The notes: generated by a model not told the origin, from the sequence alone. A stretch of DNA of 64,000 nucleotides from Candidatus Hydrogenedentota bacterium (GCA_963745075.1 CAVUWV010000015.1:32001-96000); one strand, 5' to 3'; positions 1 to 11,723 are shown, counted from the stretch's first letter. Program-made: numbers and translations.

Positions 1-1854
1 ATTGATGGAGCAGACCGAAGGTGAACAACGTCGGCGCGGCGTCGTACTGGATTCCGTCGGCGAGGGTCTGCTTCAACGTTGTCAGCCCACCGGAAACACG
101 CAGCGTGTCGATACCATCAGGCTGTAAGGAGCCGGCCACCAGGGCAGCCAGACTCGTTTGGCGTCCCGTCGCATGCACGTACAGCGGCACATCGCCATAT
201 TCCTTCTTGGTCGCGCGAACGATCGCCGTTAATTGTTTCACCTGCTCCCCAAGCAAGCGGGCACCCGTAGCGTCGACCAACATCGCACTCTGAGACGGAC
301 GGCTCCCCGACGGCGCGCATTCTCCGTCGTACAGCAGATCGACGGCGATGACGCGCCGGCCTTGGTCCAGCAACGGCGCGGCGTCTTCCGCAAGCGTTGC
401 CTTACCCTTATCGGCCAACAGGACGGTCGTGCTCTTTGCCACGGGGTCTTCCGGTTCGAGGAGGATAAAGGGAACGGACCACGGTCCGGCCGTGAAGACG
501 CCGCGCGCACGTGCAATTCCCTCGCTGGTCTGTTCGTCACGGACGTTCACCTGGCAATCCGTGGGTTCCCAGTGAACGATCTCGGCGAGCAGGTTGCGTT
601 TGGTCTCCGGGTCATCCGGAAGCGCTTCCGGCAAGCTTTCCATCTGCTTCGTTGCGAGCGAGTGAAACGTCTCATTGCCGTCCGGGACGCCGACCGTCAA
701 TTCTTCCGCCGTACGAATCTCGCCGTCGTGGGGCGGTTCTTCGTCCGGCCAACCGAGGTTCCATTGTTCGCTGAGAAAGCGGTAAAGCGCGAGTCGGTTG
801 TCCAAGTCGTAGTTGTGCGTGCCCGGCTCGAGATTCTCGTGCATTTGAAACCGTGACGTCGCATCAAACAATGCGTAGAAGGGCAGGATGGGATCGTACA
901 CGCTGGGCCAGGCCCGATCCGATTGGAAGCAGCAGTCGTCTTTCACATTGTAAATCAGCATCGCCGGACGCGGCGCGAGCATGGCGGTCAACTGCGTGTA
1001 ATCGGCAAACGTCAGCAGGTCCACCGGGATCTGCTCCAAATCGCCGATGTCCTGGGGAAATTCCGCGCGCACCGCAATCCCGATGTATCCTGCGTTGGGC
1101 ACGCAGAGTTTAATCCGAGGATCGAGCGAACTCAGCGTGATGGTCTGCCAGCCACCGCCGGAGAGTCCCGTCATGGCCACGCGTTCCGGGTCGGTCGAAG
1201 AATAATCGGCCAGCACATCGAGTCCCGCGCTTCATGGCTTGGTAGAAGACAGACAGGCCACTAACGCCGCACACGTCGAGGTATGCGGAATCATTGTGCC
1301 GATTGCCGGGATTGGCCAACTCCCCGAAGAACAACCATTCCGGATGTAGGGCCAACACGCCCCGTTTCGCGAGGCTGATGCAGCGGGCCTGCACCATTTC
1401 AACGCTCTTGCCGGGAGGACCCACATGGCCGTTCACGCTCAACACCGCCGGGACCTTTCCTTCCACGTGTTCCGGTTCGTAGAGCAGCGCGGGGATCCAC
1501 ATCCCCGGAACCGCTTCGTATCGAAGCTTCCGGATCCGGTATCCCTCGCCCGTATCGATCGTGTCCGCCCATTCCATGTGCACGGGACCCGCATACCACT
1601 CGTCCGGAACTCCGCGATACACCAAGCCGCTCAGTATCTTCTTCGCGAAGCGCGTCCCGCGTATGTTCCCAATCCTCGGCAGTTGCCGGGACTTCCAGTG
1701 GGGGAACATGGTCGACGACGAAGTCGCGAATCTCCCGGTCGGTGGTACCCTCTTCCAACACTGGTGTCGTGAGCCATTCGGTTATTGCCGTCTGCGCCGA
1801 GTCTGACAAGGCGCCCGTCGTTGCAAGCGTTACCAGCAGTACCGTGCCTATCAT
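1..1854 (-). CDS. Secreted acetylxylan-esterase-like alpha/beta hydrolase; two apparent frameshifts (~1643, ~1225); runs off the window's left edge
   Basis: Joins ORFs 1399..1887 and 1110..1709 plus a third frame. Signal peptide, PAVLSVNGH, GLSGGG nucleophile elbow (VAMTGLSGGGWQT). GAGGAGG RBS before ATG at 1854. Confidence 0.75.
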
Positions 1855-1979
1855 TCGTCGATTCCTCCTCCTCGTCAAGGCTACCACTATACTGAATCAA
1901 GCGCGGGAGCCATAGATCGGCGTGAAACGGACTGGATATGGTAGGATAATGTCCGTTCATCGTAGGGAGTCTTGGTGGA

Positions 1980-4944
1980 ATGATTCGATCCTGGCGAATC
2001 GCCGTGCTCGCGGCGGCATTCATTCTTGTCCATTCCTTTGCAGGGGCCGAGTCCGATCCGGCGGAACAGTTGGCGGATTCTCTGGTGCAAGGTGTGCGTG
2101 GCATTGAACGTGACGCGAAATCCACTGCCGTGCTGGACAAATTCCTCGATTCGCTCAATTCCCCGCCCGAATCCCGCCGCCGACGCGGAAGCCCTCTTCA
2201 AGTCCCAAGTGCATCCACTTCTCGCCGAACACTGTTTCGCGTGCCACGGGCCTGACAAGCAGAAGGGCGGCCTACGTCTGGATACGCCCGTTGCGCTGCG
2301 GGACGGTGGCGCGGACGGCCCGGTGATTGTGCCCGGAAACCCCGACGCGAGCCGGCTCGTCCAGGCGATCCAGTACAGCGATGAGAGTCTGCAAATGCCC
2401 CCAAAGGGAAAGCTCCCCGACGATGCCATCGCCACATTGACGGAGTGGGTGGCAAAAGGCGCGCCGTGGCCCAACGCGGATGATGACCTCGCCAATCTGG
2501 AGAAACTGAAGAGGGATGAAATCGCGCATTCGGACAAGTATTGGGCTTTCCGTCCAGCTTCTCGTCCCGCGGTTCCGGAACTCGACGATGCGGAGTGGGG
2601 GACGAACCCCATCGACGCCTTTGTCCTGGACGCACTCCGGAAGAGGAATCTTGATCCGTCGCCGACGGCTGACCGTCGTACGCTGATTCGCCGGGTGTAC
2701 CTGGATGTGCTGGGGCTGCCGCCGACCCCCGAAGAGGTCGATTCGTTTGTTGCCAGATCCTGATCCCGATGCGTACGCACAACTCGTCGACCGGGTACTC
2801 GCCTCGCCCCACTACGGTGAGCGATGGGCGCGTCATTGGCTCGATGTCGCGCGATTCGCCGAGACCAACGGGTTCGAAACCAACACACCGCGGCCCAACG
2901 CGTGGCCCTATCGGGACTATGTCATTCAAGCTTTTAACGAGGACAAACCCTACACAGATTTCGTGCGCGAACAGATCGCCGGTGACACGTTGGGCGTGAT
3001 TCCCGCCACCGGTTTTCTGGTGGGTGGCCCCATGGACCAAGTGAAGAGTCCCGAACGTCGTCCTGACCAAGAACCAACGCGATGGCGAGTTGCATGATAT
3101 GGTTTCCACCATCGGCGGCGTGTTCCTCGGGCTGACGGTGGGATGCGCCAAGTGCCACGACCACAAATTCGATCCGATTACTCAGCGCGATTATTACCGC
3201 ATGCGGGCGTTGGTCGCGGGCGTGCAACACGGGGAACAGGAAATCCCGCCTCCGGACTACCCGGAGAAGCTGAAGGAAGCTGAAGCGGCGCGCGCGGATC
3301 TGCGCGGTATCGAAACGCGGCTGCTGCGTTTTGTGCCCAAGGCCCGGCTTGATGGTGATGCGGACAATCCTTCGCGGCCCCCGGTGTCTCCGGGAATGAA
3401 TCTGGATCGATTTGATCCGGTAGAGGCCCGATTTGTCCGGTTCACCATCCTCGAAACCAATTCGAGCGAGCCATGCATCGACGAATTGGAAATCTTTTCC
3501 ACCGGTCCGGACTCCGTGAACGTTGCCCTGGCAGACCTCGGTGCGAAAGCAACCGCCTCCAGCGAGTATCCCAACAATGCCAAACACAAGATCGTCCATC
3601 TGAACGACGGAGAATATGGGAACGACCACAGTTGGATCCCGGCGTCGGGTCCTGTAGCGTGGGCGGAGATTGAGTTCCCGGAGGCCACCACCATCGATCG
3701 TATCATGTGGGCACGCGACCGCGACGGGGCTTTCTCGGACCGGCTCGCCACAGAAGTATCGGATCGAAGTTGCGGTCGAACCCGGCCAATGGAATCTGGT
3801 CGCCACTTCGGACGATCGGCAAGGGTACAAAGCGGATGCGGACGAGGTGCCCCTGTACTCGTCCGAAGGCATGGGCGAGGCCGCGACCCGCGAATTGAAT
3901 GGATTGCTCCACAAAGAACGCAAGCTCAAGAAATCAATTAAGCGATTGACCGAGGTCCCAAAAGTATATGCGGGTCGTTTCGAACAACCCGGTCCGACCC
4001 ATATTCTCCGTCGCGGCGACCCAATGCAGGAAGGGGACGAGGTCGTTCCCGGAACACCCAAGTACGTGGGCATTCCCTGCGACCTCCCCGCAGACCTGCC
4101 CGAGCAGGAACGGCGCCGGGCTTTGGCGGATTGGATCGCCAGCCCCGAGAATCCGCTCACCGCGCGGGTCATCGTGAATCGAATCTGGCAGCATCACTTC
4201 GGTCATGGCATCGTCGATACGCCCAGCGATTTCGGCGCCATGGGGGCCCGGCCGACTCATCCCGAATTGCTGGATTGGCTCGCGTCGGAACTGGTCGCCC
4301 GGGGATGGCGATTGAAAGCCATACATCGCCTGATTCTGTTGTCGAGCACCTACCGGCAGTCCGCGACGCCCCGTCCGGAAGCCATGACGGCGGACGCCGG
4401 CACCCGGTTCCTCTGGCGGTTTCCGCCACGCCGCCTTGAAGCGGAACCGATTCGGGATTCCATTTTGTTCGTGAGCGGTAAGCTCGACCTCACCATGGGC
4501 GGGCCAGGGTACGACGCCTTCAAACCAGACAACAGTTACGTGCACATTTACGTGCCGAAAGAAGAATTCGAAGCGACCGATTTCCGGCGCATGATCTACC
4601 AGTGGAAACCGCGTGTCGAGCAGGACATCACCTTCGGGGTCTTCGACTGTCCCGACGCGACCCAGTCAACACCGAAACGGGTGAGCAGCACGTCGCCCTT
4701 GCAAGCCCTGAGTTTGCTCAACAGCCCGTTTATGAACCGGCAAGCCACCGTGTTTGCACGACGGCTGGAAGACGAATCCGGCGCCGATTGCCACGAACAG
4801 GTTCGACGGGCATTTCTGCTGGCTTTCGGCCGACCGCCGGACGACGAGGAATCGCGCGTGTCGGAAGCGTTTGTGCGCGACGAAGGCCTTGAGTTGTTCT
4901 GTCGCGCCTTGTACAACGCAAACGAATTCATTTATCTGAATTAG
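1980..4944 (+). CDS. Planctomycete cytochrome c + DUF1549 (PSCyt2) + DUF1553 (PSD1) protein with inserted discoidin-like domain; four apparent frameshifts
   Basis: CFACHG and [12 protein letters not shown] haem motifs; [44 protein letters not shown]. Spread over ORFs 1980, 2026, 2705, 3090 and 3670. Confidence 0.85.
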
Positions 4945-4973
4945 TTTCTAGTATGGACCTTGGAGATTGTTGC

Positions 4974-6451
4974 ATGGAGCCTTTGTCGCACCACGGCCGG
5001 TACCTGTTAGACCGCCGTTCGTTTCTACAGTACGCGGGCACAGGGCTCAGCAGCATCGCGTTGGCCGCACTGCTGGGCGGTCAGAAGGCACTGGCGGAAG
5101 GGGAGGGGCCCATCCGGCCGCAAATCGACTCCGCTGCACCCATGGCGCCGCGTCCACCCCATTACCAGCCGCGCGCGACGAAAGTGCTGATGATCTTCTG
5201 TTCCGGCGCGGTGAGTCACGTCGATAGTTGGGACTACAAGCCAGAACTCATCAAGCGCGACGGCCAGCCCATGCCGGGTGGCGATGCCCTCATCACGTTC
5301 CAGGGCGAGCAGGGTAATCTGACAAAAGCCGCTGTGGAATTTCAAGCAACGGGGCGAAAGCGGGAAGTACGCGTCCGATCTGTTGCCCCACATGGCCGAA
5401 CTGGTCGACGACTTTTGCTTCATTCATTCCATGACCGCTCGCAGCAACACCCACGGTCCGGCGGAGAGCCAGATGAACACCGGCTTCACCCTCGACGGAT
5501 TTCCCAGCATGGGATCCTGGGTGTCCTATGCGCTCGGCGCCGAGGCCGACGACTTGCCCGCGTACGTGGCCATTCCCGATCCGCGCGGCGTGCCCCAGAT
5601 GGGTCCCAACAGTTGGTCGGCGGGATTTCTACCGGCCGTGTTCCAAGGCGTGCCGTTCGGCGCCGACAAACCCATTCCCCATCTCGCCACGCCGGATTCC
5701 ATCAGCAAAAATGCCGAGCATGCAACGCAGGACTTCTTAAAGTTCCTGAACGAGAAGCATCTTGAAAAATTTCCAGGCGACACGGAACTCAGCGCGCGGA
5801 TCTCCAGTTACGAATTGGCAGCGCGAATGCAGCTGCGCGCCGCCGAAGTGAGCGATTTCTCCCGGGAATCCGCCGCGACACGGCAAATGTACTGCGTTGA
5901 CGACGCGAACGACGTGAAAGCGGGTTTCGGCCGGAATTGCCTGTTAGCGCGCCGCCTCCTGGAGCGTGGGGTGCGTTTCGTGCAGCTTTTCAATGGCGCA
6001 TACGCCATGGGCGAAGGTGTCGGCAACTGGGATGGGCACAAGGTGCTTCGCGAGCAGTACAGCGTCCATGCGCCGATTCTTGACGAACCCTGCGCGGCCC
6101 TGCTGAAGGATTTGAAAGCCCGGGGACTTCTGGATGACACGCTGGTCGTGTGGGCCACCGAGTTTGGTCGCATGCCCACGTTCCAGAAGGGCGCCAGCGG
6201 CCGCGACCACAATCCCAAAGGTTTTACCGCGTTCCTGGCCGGGGCCGGCGTCAAGCGCGCGCTTCAGCTACGGCGCCACCGATGAATTCGGCTACAAGGC
6301 CGTGGAGAACGTGACGACCATCTACGACCTGCACGCCACGATCCTGCATCTCCTCGGCCTGAACCACAAGCGGCTAACCTTCTACCACAACGGCATCGAG
6401 CGGCGCCTCACCGACGTGCACGGGGAAATTATCCATCCGATTTTGGCATGA
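4974..6451 (+). CDS. DUF1501 domain protein with Tat signal; two apparent frameshifts (~5325, ~6258)
   Basis: DRRSFLQ Tat motif; [47 protein letters not shown]. Canonical partner of DUF1553 genes. Confidence 0.85.
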
Positions 6452-6517
6452 AGTCGTGACAATGTATGCTCGCCTTCGCTAGATTACTCTTCAAAGCCAA
6501 CCAGGGAGTAGTCACCC

Positions 6518-7885
6518 ATGACCCATTCATTTCGCATGCCCGTTGCCCTTGCAGCCTTGGCTGCCATGACCGGTGCGTCGTCCGCATCCGCACTGCAGAT
6601 CGCCAGCTTCTCCACCGAGGTCACGTGTCCCATGGGCCATGCGCTGATGGGCGGTGGAATCATGCCGGCCAAATCGGTAGTCGACCCATTGTACGCGAAC
6701 GGTCTGGTGCTTCTCGGCGCGGGCGATCCTATCGTCATTATTGTGATGGACTGGTGCGAAATCCGAAACGACGCCTACGACTACTTTCGCGACCAAGTCG
6801 CTGAAGCGGCGGGTACGATACGCGAGCGGGTGCTGCTATCGTGCGTGCACCAACACGACACGCCAATTCCGGATTTCACCGCGCAGCGCCTCCTCGACGA
6901 CCATGGACTGACCAAGGCCTTGTGCGACGTGGCGTATGTGAAGGCGAGCATCGAGAACGTGTGCGACGCGTTGCGCGAGTCTCTCGCTGAACCGCGCACG
7001 ATTACTCACTACGGTATCGGTCAGGCCAAGGTCGAAGGCGTCGCGTCGAATCGTCGCGTCGTGGCCGAAGACGGTTCGGTTTCATTTCCACGAAACAGTT
7101 CGACCCCGGACGCTACAATCCGCGAAGCACCCATCGGCGCTCACGATCCCTATCTCAAAACGTTGAGTTTCTGGGACGGCGAACAAGCCGTCGCGGCGCT
7201 GCATTTCTACGCCGTGCATCCCATGAGTTACTACGGCAAGGGCGGCGTCTCCGCGGACTTCGTCGGGATGGCCCGCCGCCGCCGGCAGAACGACGACCCC
7301 AATATCCATCAGTTCTATATCTCCGGATGCAGCGGCGATGTGACCGCGGGCAAATACAACGATGGGGCTCCCGAAAATCGGCCGGTACTGGCGGACAGAA
7401 TCTATCAGGCCATGGTCGCCGCGTGGGACGCCACGCAAAGGTATCCAATTCAGGACGTGACGTTTCGCGTCGCCAAACTGTCGCTCGAACCGAAAAGCAC
7501 GGAAGGGTTCACCGAAGCGGATATGAAAGCCATCCTGGCCGACCAGAACCAGGGTACGTTTCAACGCATTCTCGCGGCCATGGGGCTCAGTTGGCGCATG
7601 CGCCTCGACCAGCCCATCGATGTGCCCGCTATCGATTTTGGGAAGGCGCAATACCTCTTGATGCCAGCGGAGTCCTTCGTGCAGTACCAACTTATGGCCC
7701 AGGAGTTGGCGCCGGACCAGTTTATCGTTACCGCAGGCTACGGCGAATGCGCGCCGGGCTATATCCCCACGACGCAGACCACGGCCGAAGGATTCAATGA
7801 CGAGCACTCGTGGTGCTGGGTCGCCCCCGGCGCGGAAGAACGCATGCGCGCCGCCATGGCGGAAGCATTGGGAGTGAAATACTAG
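6518..7885 (+). CDS. Secreted hypothetical protein, neutral-ceramidase-like fold
   Basis: 455 aa with signal peptide; DPLYA, VHQHDTP, YAVHP, GCSGDV and GYIPT motifs. Confidence 0.6.
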   Translation: MTHSFRMPVALAALAAMTGASSASALQIASFSTEVTCPMGHALMGGGIMPAKSVVDPLYANGLVLLGAGDPIVIIVMDWCEIRNDAYDYFRDQVAEAAGTIRERVLLSCVHQHDTPIPDFTAQRLLDDHGLTKALCDVAYVKASIENVCDALRESLAEPRTITHYGIGQAKVEGVASNRRVVAEDGSVSFPRNSSTPDATIREAPIGAHDPYLKTLSFWDGEQAVAALHFYAVHPMSYYGKGGVSADFVGMARRRRQNDDPNIHQFYISGCSGDVTAGKYNDGAPENRPVLADRIYQAMVAAWDATQRYPIQDVTFRVAKLSLEPKSTEGFTEADMKAILADQNQGTFQRILAAMGLSWRMRLDQPIDVPAIDFGKAQYLLMPAESFVQYQLMAQELAPDQFIVTAGYGECAPGYIPTTQTTAEGFNDEHSWCWVAPGAEERMRAAMAEALGVKY

Positions 7886-7928
7886 GCTCAACCCCTTCCA
7901 AGAGACTTCAGTGGTTGCATCGCAAAAA

Positions 7929-7961
7929 GTAGGGGCGGCACGCCATCAGGCGTGCCGCCCC
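7929..7961. terminator. GTAG-led 13-bp-stem hairpin between convergent genes (bidirectional terminator or REP)
   Basis: ggggcggcacgcc-atca-ggcgtgccgcccc, flanked by an A-run on the left and TTT on the right. Confidence 0.65.
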
Positions 7962-7979
7962 CTTTGATCGATTTGTACG

Positions 7980-8738
7980 CTACATTGCCATGAAGCCGCC
8001 GTCGACGATCATCTCCGAGCCGGTCATCCAACTGGATTCATCGGATGCGAGGAAGAGCGCCGCGTTGGCGATGTCGCGGGCGCTGCCGAGCCGGCGAAGG
8101 GGAATCTCACCCGCGATGGCTTTCCGCTTGTCGTCGTTGAGGTACGGGGCCTGGAGCGGGGTGTCGATGAACCCCGGATGGATGACGTTGCAGCGAATCT
8201 GTTCGGCCGCGAACTGAATCGCCAGCGATTTGCAGAGGGAGATCATCGCGCCCTTCGCGCAGGTGTAGGAATCCTGCGCGAGCGTGAACCCGGCCAGCGC
8301 GGAAATAGAACCCACCAGGATGATGGAGCCGCCGCCCGCTTTCTTCACCGCGGGAATGCCGTGCTTCGTCAGGAAAAACGGCCCTTTCAGGTTGATCGCC
8401 TGGACCAGGTCCCAATTCTCTTCCGTGGTGTCGACGACTGACTTGTCACGGTCCTTCCACAACACCCCCGCGTTGGAATACAGAATGTGCAACGCGCCGA
8501 ACGCCTTCACGCCTTCGTCGATGGCCTTCTTCACGTCGGCTTCCTTGCTCACGTCGCCTTGAACGAACAGCGCCTTGCTTCCCGCTGCTTCGACCTGTTT
8601 CACCGTTTCCTGCCCGGCTTCGGCGTTCAGGTCGAACACAACAACTTTCGCACCTTCCTGGGCAAACAGCACCGCCGCTTCGCGGCCCATGCCCAGTCCC
8701 GCGCCGGTGATAATCGCTACTTTGTCTTTCAGTCTCAT
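7980..8738 (-). CDS. Short-chain dehydrogenase/reductase
   Basis: TGAGLGMG Rossmann motif, SNAG, YTCAK catalytic motif, VDGG. AGGAG RBS before ATG at 8738. Confidence 0.9.
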   Translation of the reverse strand: MRLKDKVAIITGAGLGMGREAAVLFAQEGAKVVVFDLNAEAGQETVKQVEAAGSKALFVQGDVSKEADVKKAIDEGVKAFGALHILYSNAGVLWKDRDKSVVDTTEENWDLVQAINLKGPFFLTKHGIPAVKKAGGGSIILVGSISALAGFTLAQDSYTCAKGAMISLCKSLAIQFAAEQIRCNVIHPGFIDTPLQAPYLNDDKRKAIAGEIPLRRLGSARDIANAALFLASDESSWMTGSEMIVDGGFMAM

Positions 8739-8810
8739 GGTACTTCTACTCCTGATGGATGTACCGGCGGGGACTGCCGGGTGTGCAACCCTACGCACGT
8801 GATTGAAATA

Positions 8811-10154
8811 CTAGATCAACTCAAAATACCGGCGTCGTTCCCAGTCTGTGACGTACTTCTCGAACTCGCCAATCTCCCAGCGCGCCACGCCGACGTAATG
8901 GTCCACCACGTTGTCGCCAAGCAAAGTCCGGACCGTCTTACTCGCCTCCAGCGCGTCCGTCGCCTGCGTCAAGTTGCGATGTAACGACGGCGGATTTTCG
9001 AGTTCGTAAGCGTTGGCCTCGACGAACGGCCCGACAGGCTCCAACTCGTTTTCGATTCCGTACAATCCCGATGCGATCATCGCGGCGTAGATGAGGTGCG
9101 CATTCGCGTCGGCGCCCGGAATGCGATTCTCCAAGCGCATGGACTTGCCATGCCCCGCCACCCGGAACGAGGTCGTGCGGTTGTCGCCGCCCCACGTCAC
9201 GTTGCTCGGCGCGAAGGACAGGTCTTCGATGCGCTTATACGAATTGACGCTTGGCATGTAGAAAAGTTGGAGGTCTTTGCACAGCGTCATCATGCCGCCG
9301 AGGAAGTGACGCATCGTCTTCGACATGTGGTGCTCGCCCTTCTCGTCGGGGAAGGCCGGTTTGTCGTCGTTCCAAAGGCTCATGTGAATGTGCGCGCCAT
9401 TTCCGGAGTGCGTGGAATCCCATTTCGCCATGAACGTCGCCTGAATGTCGTTCAGCGCCGCCATCTCCCGCACGCAGTGCTTGAAAATCACGTGCCGGTC
9501 GGCGATCTCCAGCACGTCGCCGTACACGAGATTAATCTCGAACTGCCCGTGCCCCCATTCCGCCTTGTTGCACTCGATGTCCACGTTCGATTCGGCGAGC
9601 GCGCGGCGGATGGGACCGATGATCCACTCGTCCATGGATGACCGGAAGATGGAGTAGTCCGAAATATAGCGGGACATGGGTTCGAGGTTTCGATAGTCCT
9701 TGGCGCGCGACCCGTCCAGGGTCTCCTTGAACAGAAAGAATTCGATCTCCGGCGCGGCCTTGACGGAAAACCCCATGGCCCTGGCCCGCTCGATCTGTTT
9801 GCGCAGCAGCGACCGCGGCGCAATATCGACCGGGTTGCCATCGTGGTCGTAGGTGTCGAAAATCACCAGGGCCGTTTTGTCGAACCAGGCGTACTTGCGC
9901 AACGTCGACCAATCGGGCACGCCGGTCATGTCCCCGTAGCCTTTGTGCCAACCGGTGAAGTCGAGACCGGGGATGAGCATCCGCTCGATGTCCCAGCCGA
10001 AATTACAGTCGCACGTATGCACGCCGGCATGTAGATCGTTCAAGAAAGCCGTGGCCGTGCAGCGTTTGCCGTAGAGGCGCCCCTGTAAGTCAATGCCCGC
10101 CGCAATGACCGTATCGACGGACCCGTCCTTCACCCACTTTTCCAATTCTTTCAC
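8811..10154 (-). CDS. Glutamine synthetase-like gamma-glutamyl-amine ligase (GlnA4/PuuA-like)
   Basis: DLQGRLYGKR, PEIEFFLF, EWGHGQFEIN, TFMAK, SGNGAHIHMSL, NSYKR, WGGDNRT, ENRIPGAD, VTDWERRRY. Confidence 0.85.
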   Translation of the reverse strand: MKELEKWVKDGSVDTVIAAGIDLQGRLYGKRCTATAFLNDLHAGVHTCDCNFGWDIERMLIPGLDFTGWHKGYGDMTGVPDWSTLRKYAWFDKTALVIFDTYDHDGNPVDIAPRSLLRKQIERARAMGFSVKAAPEIEFFLFKETLDGSRAKDYRNLEPMSRYISDYSIFRSSMDEWIIGPIRRALAESNVDIECNKAEWGHGQFEINLVYGDVLEIADRHVIFKHCVREMAALNDIQATFMAKWDSTHSGNGAHIHMSLWNDDKPAFPDEKGEHHMSKTMRHFLGGMMTLCKDLQLFYMPSVNSYKRIEDLSFAPSNVTWGGDNRTTSFRVAGHGKSMRLENRIPGADANAHLIYAAMIASGLYGIENELEPVGPFVEANAYELENPPSLHRNLTQATDALEASKTVRTLLGDNVVDHYVGVARWEIGEFEKYVTDWERRRYFELI

Positions 10155-10256
10155 GCGTCAACCCTCCGCCCGGCACGACCAAAATCCATCAAAAATTGCC
10201 GTGAGTATCGCACACGTGCAATCCGGTGCGCAATCGGCGGCTCGAATCGACGTTTG

Positions 10257-10425
10257 AAGAAACATCCCCCTTGATCCCCCTTCAAAGGGGGAAACCGCGC
10301 AGGCTTCGCCGCGCGCTCGCCCACAAAGACGAGCCAATACTTTCTACCGGCGTTAATCCTCCGAAGGTATAGCTGGAGACGTTTCGAATTCCCCCTTTGA
10401 AGGGGGATCAAGGGGGATGTTCTTC
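10257..10425. repeat. REPIN/MITE-like element, copy 1 (inverted ~37-bp palindromic arms, 93-nt interior)
   Basis: aagaaacatcccccttgatcccccttcaaagggggaa ... aattccccctttgaagggggatcaagggggatgttcttc. Second copy at 57344-57513. Confidence 0.85.
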
Positions 10426-10435
10426 GCGTCAGCGG

Positions 10436-11245
10436 TCAAGAGAAGAACGGATCGTATTCCGCTTCGGCTTCGGGGTTGGGGGTGTTGTCCTCGATCCACT
10501 GTTGGAACGCTTCCGGCTCCAGGACATTTAGGAACCCCCGCATCCGGTAGTGACCAAGCCCGCAGAGTTGGGCGCACGCGATTTCGAAGGTCCGGGTTTC
10601 GTCGCCTTTCAGTTTGCGGTACTGAGCGGTCGACATGGTGGGAACGAACGAGATGTGCGTGCGCACGCCGGGGATGACGTCCTGTTTTACGCGCATCTCC
10701 GGGATGTTGAAACTGTGAATCACATCCTGGGAACTAAGCCACAAAACCACAGGCTTGTTCACCGATACATAGAGCTGGTTCCGCGTGACGATGTCGTCTT
10801 TGCCGTAGGGGTCCTCGCGATCCAGTCCGACGGGGTTGAGTTCATCGTCCACGAACGATGCATCCGTGCGCCCGAACACGCCGTCCTTGCCGGCGTAGTG
10901 AAAATTCCACGCGAACTGTTGCGCCACCACCCGCACTTGTAAAGCCTCATCCTCGTTCGGGACAGCCACAACATAGCGGGACCAGAACGGTATCGACAGG
11001 CCGACGAGCAGGAGTACTTCAATGACGATTACACCCGCTTCAATATAGTAGGTGGCGCGGCTCCGGGCGCCGTCGTGGTTTGCCCGGGGATTTCGGGATT
11101 TCCGGAAGCGGAAGAGCACATACACACCGTAGACAAACCAGCCCATAAAAAGGAGCGCCATGAACACGTGCGTGTAGACCAGGAGGCGGTCGATTTGTGC
11201 ACCGTGCTCCGAGCCCAACACCGGAAGTCCCCACCACTGGCTCAC
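10436..11245 (-). CDS. coxB: Cytochrome c oxidase subunit II (CuA; no fused cytochrome c)
   Basis: Two TM helices; AQQFAWNF, SQDVIHSF, CAQLCGLGHYRM CuA motif. GTG start overlaps the upstream stop (GTGA). Confidence 0.9.
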   Translation of the reverse strand: MSQWWGLPVLGSEHGAQIDRLLVYTHVFMALLFMGWFVYGVYVLFRFRKSRNPRANHDGARSRATYYIEAGVIVIEVLLLVGLSIPFWSRYVVAVPNEDEALQVRVVAQQFAWNFHYAGKDGVFGRTDASFVDDELNPVGLDREDPYGKDDIVTRNQLYVSVNKPVVLWLSSQDVIHSFNIPEMRVKQDVIPGVRTHISFVPTMSTAQYRKLKGDETRTFEIACAQLCGLGHYRMRGFLNVLEPEAFQQWIEDNTPNPEAEAEYDPFFS

Positions 11246-11502
11246 GACAGGTCGGCCTCCATCGGGATGCGCGGTTCCTCGGGCGCTTCGTCCAATGTTG
11301 CCGTCGCACCCTTCATGCGCAGCAAAATCCCAACGGTGACCACACTCATGAATCCGACCACCATGCCGGTTACCGCAAGCAGCGTCAGGATTCCCATGTT
11401 CATCCCCTGGGTCTGCGGCGAGTCGGCGTCGCCGAAGCACGTGGCGCACCCCCACGCAACCGGGGCGAGTAGACAAGCCGTCGTTACGATCAGGCTCTTC
11501 AT
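11242..11502 (-). CDS. Small CxxC membrane protein in cox operon
   Basis: Signal-like N-terminus, CATCFG, one TM helix. ATGA/GTGA coupling on both sides. Confidence 0.7.
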   Translation of the reverse strand: MKSLIVTTACLLAPVAWGCATCFGDADSPQTQGMNMGILTLLAVTGMVVGFMSVVTVGILLRMKGATATLDEAPEEPRIPMEADLS

Positions 11503-11702
11503 AGCCAGTGCGTGTCCTTCGTTATTGCAACAAACCGATAGCCGTGGAGGACAAGCGCGCAAAAGACGATCGCGCAACCGATGCCTGCGAATAGATAGCG
11601 TGCGCCAGATTCATCCGCATGTTCCAAGGTCCAAACCCCTGTGGCGGCGCAGAACAGGGCAGCCAACACAACAAACACGGTATGTGCCAACTTCAACGAC
11701 AC
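11499..11702 (-). CDS. Small two-TM membrane protein in cox operon (possible accessory subunit)
   Basis: 67 aa hydrophobic ORF, GGGAGGG RBS, stop overlaps the next start. Confidence 0.65.
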   Translation of the reverse strand: MSLKLAHTVFVVLAALFCAATGVWTLEHADESGARYLFAGIGCAIVFCALVLHGYRFVAITKDTHWL

Positions 11703-11723
11703 GGCTTCTCGACCCCTCCCGGT

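Noticed and set aside
2198..4172. Long minus-strand ORFs (e.g. 2934..4172, 2198..3166)
   Set aside because: They are antisense shadows of the DUF1549/DUF1553 gene, which is common in high-GC DNA, and carry no motifs.
1200..6300. Programmed ribosomal frameshifting or true pseudogenes
   Set aside because: No canonical slippery heptamer with a stimulatory structure was noticed, and the breaks are scattered over unrelated genes. Sequencing error is more parsimonious.
10151..10577. Small ORFs containing IPLDPPSKGE / IPLQRG (also 56789..57565 and 56931..57488)
   Set aside because: The shared peptides are simply translations of the DNA repeat arms, not a protein family.
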